From Eledone cirrhosa (Eukaryota): DNA of 64,000 nt. The notes below the pieces were generated by a model, which was not told the origin of the DNA, ran no database searches, and worked only from the letters and a program-made list of their open reading frames with translations. The first letter of the stretch is position 1. The number at the start of each line of letters is the position of its first letter. This document shows, one piece after another, positions 43,894-54,304 of the stretch. A program made the translations under genes and the position numbers. The stretch lies in contig OZ024741.1 of NCBI GenBank assembly GCA_964016885.1, positions 11,966,001-12,030,000 of the forward strand, in the 5' to 3' direction.

Positions 43894-46800
43894 ATGACCT
43901 CACTCAGAATAGGCAGCATAAATGCGCGTGGCTTGGGGTCGTCATGGAAGCAGGGTCACCTGCTCAACGACCTCAGGTCACTAAACATAGATGTAGTGGC
44001 CCTCAGCGAGACCAGAATCACCGAAGCACAGGACTTCGCACCGATCTTCGGGGCTACGATGTGTACGCATCTCCCAGTCGTCCTGGATCGGGGGAGGAGT
44101 TGCTGTGCTTTTTCGGAGAGGTTTGGATCTCGCCATACGGGCCATCTTCCTGAGCCCAGAGGGTAAGTTGGTGGTGCTGGACGTGACCAGCGGAGACGGG
44201 CAAGCTTTCAGGCTAGGTGGCCGTCTATGCCCCGACAGGAGCAGGGAGGCCTGATTTCTTCCGGCGTCTGGAGACCTTTCTTGGAACGTCCCGCTCTTTA
44301 GTGTTAGTGGGCGACTGGAACGGGATCTTAGATGCACGCTGGGACTGTGTGGGATTAGCGGATAGGGGTGGAGGGTGCAAGAGCCTCACCAGCCTGCTCA
44401 GGCGTTTTGAACTGTCTGACAGGTACCGATTGGATTTCCCGAATGTGCCTATGTGGACTTGGACAAATCGCATAGGGACATCCAGATCATATCTAGATAG
44501 AGTATTTTGTAGGGAAATAGATAGGTCTAGCATAGGCTGTCCACAATTCAAGATAGTCAGCTACACGGACCACAAATTCGTGATCTGTGTGCTTGACTTA
44601 GATAGGCTTCATAAACGAGGACCCGGCTACTGGAAGCTAAACACGTCCTTACCAGCGTGCAAAGCCTACAGAGACCGGATTAGTGAACTAGTTAAGCGGG
44701 CGTTGACGGGGGCCATCGTCAACAACAAGTGGTTGTTTGCTCTTAAAAGAGCAATTAGAATAGAGTCCATTAGGTTTAGTAAGGCTTTAGCAATAGAGAA
44801 AAATAGAGCAGAGGGAGAATTAGTTAGAAAATTAGACGAGGCGCTTAGCAAAGGCATCGCGACCGACGTACTTGCGGCGAAATTGGCCCTTGACCAATTC
44901 TTCAATGCAAAGCACGAAGGCTGCGTTGTCAGAGCTAGGGTGCGTGCTCTCAGACACGAGGGGACGAAAGCCGTTTAATGGGTCCGAGTGGCAGAGGCGC
45001 GTCGTGGCAACAAAGCCACGATCCGGTCTTTGGTGGACCACAACGGGCGCATGCTACTCGATCCCGGGCAAATGTGTGAATTTTTCAGCGACACTCCGCT
45101 CAGCTGTTCGGGGGCAGCGGTGGGCCGGGTCGAGGGATAAACTTTGGTGTCTAGCTCGATGGACTGCCGCGGCTCTCGGCCACTGAGGCGGAGTGTTGCG
45201 AAAAGCCGATAACAGCCGCTGAAGTACGGGAGGCAATGACTAGCTGCACAAGGGGTAAATCGCCTGGTTTGGATGGTCTGCCCTATGAACTTTACGTACT
45301 GATGCCAGACTTGTTCGGAGGCCTCTTGGTGGAAGTCTACTGCAACTGGCAACAGAACGGGAGAATTCCCAGCTCTGTGAGCCGAGGAGCGGTGGCACTG
45401 CTGAGAAAGGATCAGAACAAGGGCGATAACATAGATAATTTCAGGCCCATAACTCTGCTAAACACAGAGTTCAAGATTTTGGCCAAGGTGCTAGCAAAGA
45501 GGTTGGCGCTTGTCGTTGCTGGTCTGGTGGGAGAGGCGCAGACATGCGCCATTCCCGACAGATCCATCCACGACAACCTCCACCTCATGCGATACATCGT
45601 AGAGAGGGTAGCTAGGGAACCTGGCACGGGTGGGTCCTTGATCATTTTAGATCAGTCGAAAGCTTTCGATAGGGTCGACCATCGTTACCTAGCGGCAGTC
45701 CTGAGGGCGGCTGGCTTTGGGCCCGTCTTCAGAGGCTGGATCGCTGCCATCCACAGCGACATCTGCTCTGTGGTGAGAGTGAACGGTCACCTGTCGGAAC
45801 CGTTCAACATCATGCGCTCGGTCCGCCAAGGATGTCCCCTCTCGTCCCTCTTGTACGTATTGACTCTCGAGCCATTACTGCACAAACTGGAGACGTTGAG
45901 TGGCGTCCCGCGCGAACTAGGATGCGGAAGATCCGTGTCAGCATATGCGGACGATGTCACCGCAGTGGTGTCGAACGCCAAACACATCGAGGCGATCGGC
46001 ACTACACTAAGAGAATACGAAGCGGTGACGGGAGCAATGATCAACCAGGAAAGGTCAGTGGGCCTGCAGCTCGGCACCTGGAGAGGCAGGTCGATGCCGT
46101 CCAACAGCGTCGTCGGACGCTGGACAGACGGACCGGTTAAATTGATAGGGGTCTGGTTCGGTCCGGACCTCCAGACGGACAAAAACTGGGACGAGATGAC
46201 GAGCAGGGTGGCTTCTCTCACCCAGAAATGGGCGGAGAGGAAGCTATCCCTGAAAGGTCGAGCGGAGGTGGCTAACGCGTACATCGCGTCTGTCATCAGC
46301 TACCGCCTGACCATCGTACCTTGTCCTAAGCCTCGCCTGACTGCGCTAGATCGCTTGCTCTTTCGCTTTTTGTGGAAGGGACGCGCTCCGATGGTCAGGC
46401 GGTCCATCTGTTGTCAACACCCGCTACGTGGAGGGCTGGGCATGCCGTGGCTGATGATGCGCAGGCACGCATTCAGGCTACGACATCACCACCTCTTCCT
46501 CGACGGTGATCAGGTGTGGTCGCCGTTTGCTAGACACGTATTTCCCCAGCTCGTTTCCTTGACGGAGCTGCAGTCCTGGGTCAAGCGAAGACCGAGAGGG
46601 AGCGCCTGGAGACTGGAATGTCTTCAGGCGCTCACAGCCCTCGACCAATCGGGCAATGTGATCGGTGGAAACTCCACCTCGGCGTTCTATAGAGGATTAG
46701 TGGAGGGGAAGAGCGACGACGTACTTGGAGAAACTCTAGGCGTCGACGAATATCAACTAGCCAATCTCTTCGGAAGAACTTTCGGGCCAGGGCCTATGGA

Positions 46801-47313
46801 CAACTTCCAGAAATCTCTGGACTGGCAGTGCTACACCGAGGAGCCTTGCCAGTTCGGGATAAACTCTACAGGCATGGAGGTGCCGTCAGCCGGGCATGTC
46901 CGAGATGCGCGCAGGGCGACGAAACCGTCCTGCACGCACTCGTCCAGTGTCCGAAAATTGCTGACTTGTGGGTTTATGTCGAACACCTGCTGTCGCGTTT
47001 AGGACGGATCCGGCTATCATCTGAGTCCATCGTGAGGATTGCCCCGCCCTCCTCCTTTAGCCGGGAAGGGCAGGCAGTTTTTATCTGTCTGGTGGCCATG
47101 GCGAAAGAGATAGTATGGTGGACACGTTTGAAATGGCTGAAGACGAGCACTTACCTCTTCGGTGATGCTCTGATTAACTTTTTCAAATTTCATTTGAAAA
47201 TGAAAATCAGAGTAGAGAGGGAAGTGCTCTCTTCCCACCATTTTGTTGAAAGATGGGTGAGAGAAGCAAGAATGGCCCGAGTGAATGGGCCTACTCTGAG
47301 TATATATCTGTAA
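43894..47313 (+). pseudogene. E2 ORF2 (APE endonuclease - RT - CCHC), about 1140 codons, disrupted
   Basis: SINARG, LSET, GDWN, SYLDR, TDH; a 588-aa open RT segment with PGLDG, QGCPLS and YADD. Lesions at about 44050, 44216, 44976 (TAA), 45075, 45151 and 46835. Confidence 0.95.
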
Positions 47314-47550
47314 ATTAAAGGTGGAAAACTGGGAGAGGGCACTTGCCTTGGTGGTCAGGGTCATTCTGGCCTTTCTCCACAAATGTCCCTCCGAAGTCTC
47401 CCCCCTATTTGGCAATTTTTCATTGTTATTTTTTGTTACATCCTCTGTTTTTGTTTTTTACACGCAGAAATGCCCATTTATAGCGTCCTGTATTGTCCTG
47501 CACTGTCCTTAATGTCTACTTTATGTAAACCCTTGTGGTTAATAAAGAAA

Positions 47551-47588
<38 letters not shown>

Positions 47589-47802
47589 GGCGACCTACGT
47601 AGTAAATCGTATCATCGTGAGCTCCGCAAAGGTTTGTTGTTTTCGTTTGTTTAAAATTGCCATTTATGGAAACATTTTTATTATTAACTGTATATAAGTG
47701 CACATACATTGTTTTCCGAAAAGGACACTCAAAAAGATTGGGGCCTTGAGCCCAAAATTTAAACTTTTATAATTATCAAAAAAAAATTTCTTTGAAAAAA
47801 AC

Positions 47803-49753
47803 ATGGACGACTCACAGCCACACGAAGCTGACAGCCTTCCTCACAAACTAACACCTCACACCGACACCACCATTGTAAATATTACTACGTTTGCCAACAC
47901 TAAAAATATAAGCAGTAGCAATATTTTAAATTTGTCTCAGGCAGAAATTCATTTCCCGCCATTACCAATGACTGCAGGTGTTAAAGCCGCCACCACCACC
48001 GCGACAACCCACCACCACCGCGACAACAGAAACAAAAGAAAAAAATAAACCAACTCGTGATATCGAAATGAATTCAACCAAAATGAACTCTTCCACACCG
48101 AATACCACTGACGCCACCACCACCACAACTGAAACTAAAATTAATAATAACAAAAATAACGATAACAACAACAGCAACAATGGCATTAAGAAAACCACCT
48201 TGAGTTTTGCCAGAGTAGCAAAACAGTGCGAAGCATTTCAGGTAACTCAGGAGGAATTAGAAGAATCCAAAAAAATGGTAAGGAAAGATGGGTACAGGGT
48301 CATCCCCCCCCCACACACACACCTAATAAAATGGAGCATCGGCGCCTATGCACCGTGTCTTATCGAACAATTAATATAAAATCGCGCCGAGTGGAACGGG
48401 CATCCGAGTCCCAAATCCAAAAAGCTTTGGGACATGTGTGGGCAAAAAAAACCCACATCAGACGTGGGCAGAAGTATGGAACCGTGGACGATTTCTTTGA
48501 AACCCCACAGGGGGCTAGAGAACACTCCATGGCCCCATTAAGAAGTGACGACTTCACACTCGTCCCAAGCTATTGTGGCCAGAGACTCGTAAAGATCATG
48601 GTCACCCACGTTCCACCGGCCATCGAAATTTCCTGGCTAATAGCTGCCGTCCTCGCCGGCATCGAAGCCAACACCAAGATAATCGAAATAGCGAAAGAAA
48701 AGCAGGAGAACTGGTCCGGATCTGGGATGGAGCTCCTAATCCAAGCGGACCAAAAAAGCATTGAGGAGATCCCAGAGGTAATAGACCTCACTGACGGCAG
48801 CCACCTCACCGTAATTGTCGAGGGCAGATGGCCTATGTGTGTCGTTTGTGGTGAAGGAACCCACCTAAGGGCTTTCTGCCCTCAGGCTAAAAGGTTGAGG
48901 CCACCTCTCCTACCCACCCCAGTGACTCAACCATCAACACCACCAGCAGCAGAGATGGCAGCAACAACTGTAGCAGCAACAACAGAAGCAACTGTACAGC
49001 AACAACCCCAGCAACAGTAGCAAAACCAACACCACCACCACCCAACGCGCCAGAACTAACACCAGCGCCTACATCATCCACCACGCCACAACCAAAACCA
49101 ACACCTGTGGAGGATTTTCCACTCTTCGGCCTATCACAACTGGAGACAGATTGTGACGACGAGGAGTGGGAAACGGTATCAGGAAAAAAGAAAAAAAGAA
49201 ACCAAAAAAGAAAAAATCCCTTCCCTCCACCTCCAAAAACAAAATACAGAGGGAAACAAATAAACTATCAAACCAAAAAATTAGGACAGATATGCCACCA
49301 TCCACACCAGCATCACCAACCCCATCACCACAAACACCAACACCATCACCATCATTAACCCCAACACCACCATCACCAACACCACAAAAGTCACCAAAAA
49401 GCGAAACAGAAACAAACTCACAACAAACGCAAACAAAACAAAACAACCAAAACGATACACACTACACAGCATTAAATTTGAACAACAACCAATTATTACA
49501 CTACATCCAACACAACACCAGCATCACAGAAAAAGACTACACAACAACCCAAAAGTTCACACCACCTCCACACATACAAATCACTCGCATCACACAGAAA
49601 ACGTACACGACACTAAAACAAAAATTCCCCAAAGACATCGGAGACTTCCGACAAACACTCTCCAGAAGGATTTATAAGGACATCCTTCCGGAGGAGGCCA
49701 CAAGCAGTGATAAGGATGGACAAACCATCCTTCCTCTACGAGAAGTAAAGTAA
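47803..49753 (+). pseudogene. E3 ORF1 (gag-like), frameshifted
   Basis: Fragments in several frames: LSFARVAK, TVSYRTINIKSRRVERASE, CVVCGEGTHLRAFC, EWETVSGKKKKR, KFPKDIGDF...DGQTILPLREVK*. Confidence 0.85.
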
Positions 49754-49787
49754 GTGGTCTTTCCCATCTTTTCCATTCCTTTTCAAC

Positions 49788-52679
49788 ATGACCTCACTCA
49801 GAATAGGCAGCATAAATGCGCGTGGCTTGGGGTCGTCATAGAAGCAGGGCCACCTGCTCAACGAGCTCAGGTCACTAAACATAGATGTAGTGGCCATCAG
49901 CGAGACCAGAATCTCCGAAGTACGGGCCTTCGCACCGATCTTCGGCGGCTACGATGTGTACGCATCTCCCAGCCGTCCGGGATCGGGGGGAGGAGTTGCT
50001 GTGCTTTTTCGTAGATGTTTGGATCTCGCCATACGGGCCATCTTCCTGGACCCAGAAGGTAAGTTGGTGGTGCTAGACGTGACCAGCGGAGACGGGCAAG
50101 CTTTCAGGCTAGTGGCCGTCTATGCCCCGACAGGAGCAGGGCGGCCTGATTTCTTCCGGCGTCTGGAGACCTTTCTTGGAACGTCCCGCTCTTTAGTGTT
50201 AGTGGGCGACTGGAACGGGATCTTAGATGCACGCTGGGACTGTGTGGAATCAGCGGATAGGGGAGGAGGGTGCAAGAGCCGCACCAACCTGCTCAGGCGT
50301 CTTGAACTGTCTGACAGGTACCGATTGGATTTCCCGAATGTGCCTATGTGGACTTGGACAAATTGCATAGGGTCATCCAGATCATATCTAGATAGAGTAT
50401 TTTGTAGGGAAATAGATAGGTCTAGCATAGGCTGTCCACAATTCAAGATAGTCAGCTACACGGACCACAAATTCGTGATCAAATTCGTGAGCAATTAGAA
50501 TAGAGTCCATTAGGTTTAGTAAGGCTTTAGCAATAGAGAAGAATTAGACACTAAAGTCCATCCCTCGATCCGGCGGGCCGGATCGAGGGATGGACTTTAG
50601 TGTCTACCTCGACGGACTGCCGCGGCTCTCGGCCACTGAGGCGGAGTGTTACGAAAAGCCGATAACAGCCGCTGAAGTACGGGAGGCAATGACTAGCTGC
50701 ACAAGGGGTAAATCGCCTGGTTTCGATGGTCTGCCCTATGAACTTTACGTACAGATGCCAGACTTGTTCGGAGGCCTCTTGGCGGACGTCTACTGCAACT
50801 GGCAACAGAACCGGAGAATTCCCAGCTCTGTGAGCCGAGGAGCTGTGGCGCTGCTGAGAAAGGGGAGATAACAGATGATTTTAGGCCCATAACTCTGCTA
50901 AACACAGAGTTCAAGATTTTGGCCAAGGTGCTAGCAAAGAGGTTGGCGCTTGTCGTTGCTGGTCTGGTGGGAGAGGCGCAGACATGCGCCATTCCCGACA
51001 GATCTATCCACGACAACCTCCACATCATGCGATACATCGTAGAGAGGGTAGCTAGGGAACCTGGCACGGGTGGGTCCTTGATCATTTTAGATCAGTCGAA
51101 AGCTTTCGATAGGGTCGACCATCGTTACCTGGCGGCAGTCCTGAGGGCGGCTGGCTTTGGGCCCGTCTTCAGAAGCTGGATCGCTGCCATGCACAGCGAC
51201 ATCTGCTCTGTGGTGAGAGTGAACGGTCACCTTTCGGAACCGTTCAACATCATGCGCTCGGTCCGCCAAGGATGTCCCCTCTCGTCCCTCTTGTACGTAT
51301 TGACTCTCGAGCCATTACTGCACAAACTGGAGACGTTGAGGGGGGTACGCCCGAACTAGGATGCGGAAGATCCGTGTCAGCATATGCCGACGATGTCACC
51401 GTAGTGGTGTCGAACGCCAAACACATCGAGGCGATCGGCACTACACTAAGAGAATACGAAGCGCTGAGCAATGATCAACCAGGAAAAGTCAGTGGGCCTG
51501 CAGCTCGGCACCTGGAGAGGCAGTTCCATGCCGTCCAACAGCGTCGTTGGGCGCTGGACGGACGGAGCGGCTAAATTGCTAGGGGTCTGGTTCGTTCCGG
51601 ACCTCCAGACGGACAAAAACTGGGACGAGATGACGAGCAGGGTGGCTTCTCTCACCCAGAAATGGGCCGAGAGGAAGCTATCCCTGAAAGGTCGAGCGGA
51701 GGTGGCTAACGCGTACATCGCGTCCGTCATCTGCTACCGCCTGACCGTCGTACCTTGTCTTAAGCCCCGCCTGACTGCGCTGGAGCGTTTGCTCTTTCGC
51801 TTATTGTGGAAGGGACGCGCTCCGATGGTAAGGCGGTCCAGCTGCTGTCAACACCCGCTACGTGGAGGGCTGGGCATGCCGTGGCTGATGATGCGCAGAC
51901 ACGCGCTCAGGCTACGACAACTCCACCCCTTCCTCGACGGTGGTCAGGTGTGGTCGCCGTTTGCTAGACACGTCTTTCCCCAGCTCGTCTCCTTGACGGA
52001 ATGCAGTCCTGGGTCAAGCGAAGACCGAGAGGCTGCGCTTGGAGACTGGAACGTCTGCAGGCGCTCACAGCCCTCGACCAATCGGGCAATGTGATCGGTG
52101 GAAACTCCACTTTGGCGTTCTATAGAGGATTAGTGGAGGGGAAGAGCGACGACGTACTTGGAGAAACTCTAGGCGTCGACGAAAATCAACTAGCCAATCT
52201 CTTCGGAAGGACTTTCGGGCCGGGGCCTATGGACAACTTCCAGAAATCCCTGGCCTGGCAGTGCTACCGAGGAACTTTGCCAGTTCGGGATAAACTCTAC
52301 AGGCATGGAGGTGCCGTCAGCCGGGCATGTCCGAGATGCGCGCAGGGCGACGAAACTGTCCTGCACGCACTCGTCCAGTGTCCGAGCATTGCTGACTTGT
52401 GGGTTTATGTCGAACACCTGCTGTCGTGTGTAGGACGGATCCAACTATCAGCTGAGTCCATCGTGAGGATTGCTCCGCCCTCTTCCTTTAGCCGGGAAGG
52501 GCAGGCAGTTTTTATCTGTATGGTGGCCATGGCGAAAAAGATAGTATGGTGGACACGTTTGAAAGGGCTGAAGACGAGCACTTACCTCTTCGGTGATGCT
52601 CTGATTGACTTTTTCAAATTTCATTTGAAAAGGAAAATCAGAGTAGAGAGGGAAGTGCTCTCTTCCCACCATTTTGTTG
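49788..52679 (+). pseudogene. E3 ORF2, disrupted and internally deleted
   Basis: Same motifs as E2. Early TAG; deletions relative to E2 at about 50481, 50545, 50862 and 52680 (the last removes the stop codon). Confidence 0.93.
50545..50606. repeat. Perfect 30-bp inverted repeat with a 2-nt loop at a deletion junction in E3
   Basis: TAGACACTAAAGTCCATCCCTCGATCCGGC-GG-GCCGGATCGAGGGATGGACTTTAGTGTCTA. Confidence 0.95.
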
Positions 52680-53280
52680 GAGCTAACAGGGTCATTGTGG
52701 CTTTTTACTGGGCTTTCTCCACAAATGTCCCTCCGAAGTCTCCCCCTATTGGGGAATTTTTCATTGTTATTTTTTGTTACATCCTCTGTTTTTGTTTTTT
52801 ACACGCAGAAATGCCCATTTGTACCGTCCTGCATTGTCCTGCACTGTCCTTAATGTCTACTTTATGTAAACCCTTGTGGTTAATAAAGAAATCATTATTA
52901 TTATTATTATTATTATTATCATTATTATTATTATCATTATTATTATTATTACAGATATCTGTGTGGCGGGGGAGTGTTTGTATAATGTTTAGCTACACCA
53001 CCTTAAACCACTACACCACTTTCCACCACCTTCCACCATCCACACCACCTCATACATCGATGAGGTCAGAAAATGACAGAAGTTAAATTTATCTATTATC
53101 TAAGCCTGTTTAAAAACCAATCAATATGTCTCCACACCAATGGTCAGAGCTCGGGTCAGAAGCGTGACCAACGGTTTACCATTTATAGGAATCGAACCAC
53201 TTATCAAGGTGCTTATTAACAATACTACTGGACAGCTAACTGGACAAACGGAAATGAGCCATGTCCGGATTTTCCAGGTT

Positions 53281-53657
<377 letters not shown>

Positions 53658-53759
53658 TACAAATATTAATAACTCTGGAAAATTATTTTTGCCGTAGAGT
53701 GCTTCCAACCTACTGTAAAACTCATTCTTTGACATACTCATTGAATCTTGTTTACCTAT

Positions 53760-53790
<31 letters not shown>

Positions 53791-53880
53791 TAACAAAGGA
53801 ATTGTGGTAAGGAACCAGATGGACCTTAACGCACCAGAGTACTCAATACTTAGGGTAGTAGAGTGGGAAATAGGAAAAAG

Positions 53881-53968
53881 TATGACCCCGACGGCAGAGC
53901 TCAAGCCGTTTCGACGGCTATCCAGAAATAGCCGTCCAAACGGCTTGAGCTCTGCCGTCGGAGTCATA
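53881..53968. repeat. 88-bp hairpin: 41-bp arms with 2 mismatches and a 6-nt loop
   Basis: TATGACCCCGACGGCAGAGCTCAAGCCGTTTCGACGGCTAT-CCAGAA-ATAGCCGTCCAAACGGCTTGAGCTCTGCCGTCGGAGTCATA. Confidence 0.95.
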
Positions 53969-53974
53969 TACATT

Positions 53975-54097
53975 ATATATATATATATATGAATATTTAT
54001 ATATATGAATATTTATATATATCTATATATATATAGAGAGAGAGAGAGAGAAAGAGATAGAGAGGGGGGAGGGGGGAGAGAAAGAAGCGGGGAGAAA
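53975..54097. repeat. (TA)n followed by a (GA)n/purine-rich tract
   Basis: Direct reading. Confidence 0.9.
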
Positions 54098-54304
54098 GTG
54101 GTGTGAGGCAAGAGATTCGAATAGCTAGATAGACAAGTATTCCATGTATTCCATGTAGTAGATTATTCCTGGCAATTGCCGGTCCTCCACATGCGCACAG
54201 TTCAGGTTAAGTGAGTCGTATAAATCCCATTAAAATAGCGGCTAATTTAAGGGCTACTTACCTATATCATATAACAACTGGCACGACACACCTTCAGTAA
54301 TGAC

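Larger units (their letters stand above)
41499..47588 (+). mobile_element. Tx1-like LINE E2, full-length (about 6.1 kb), the most intact copy
   Basis: 213-nt 5'UTR, ORF1 41712-43858, 35-nt spacer, ORF2 43894-47313, 3'UTR with AATAAA at 47541 and an (ATT)n tail. Confidence 0.95.
47589..52951 (+). mobile_element. Tx1-like LINE E3, 5'-complete with internal deletions
   Basis: 214-nt 5'UTR, divergent ORF1, ORF2 nearly identical to E2 by eye, AATAAA at 52882, (ATT/ATC)n tail at about 52893-52951. Confidence 0.93.

Noticed and set aside
45236-47002. Intact or domesticated RT gene, telomerase or group II intron
   Set aside because: It is an internal open segment of a disrupted L1-clade ORF2 with an upstream APE domain.
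41161-47588. LTR-like direct repeats flanking E2 (41161-41498 vs 47248-47588)
   Set aside because: The upstream copy is a diverged, independently truncated LINE 3' end with its own ATT tail. There are no TG...CA ends, PBS or integrase.
35814-49472. Minus-strand Leu/Val/Cys-rich ORFs opposite ORF1 regions that look like membrane proteins
   Set aside because: They are antisense shadows of AAC/AGC/ACC repeats.
52001-53086. 361-aa ORF with a novel hydrophobic C-terminus
   Set aside because: It is the E3 ORF2 end reading through the 3'UTR and ATT tail because the stop codon was deleted at 52680.
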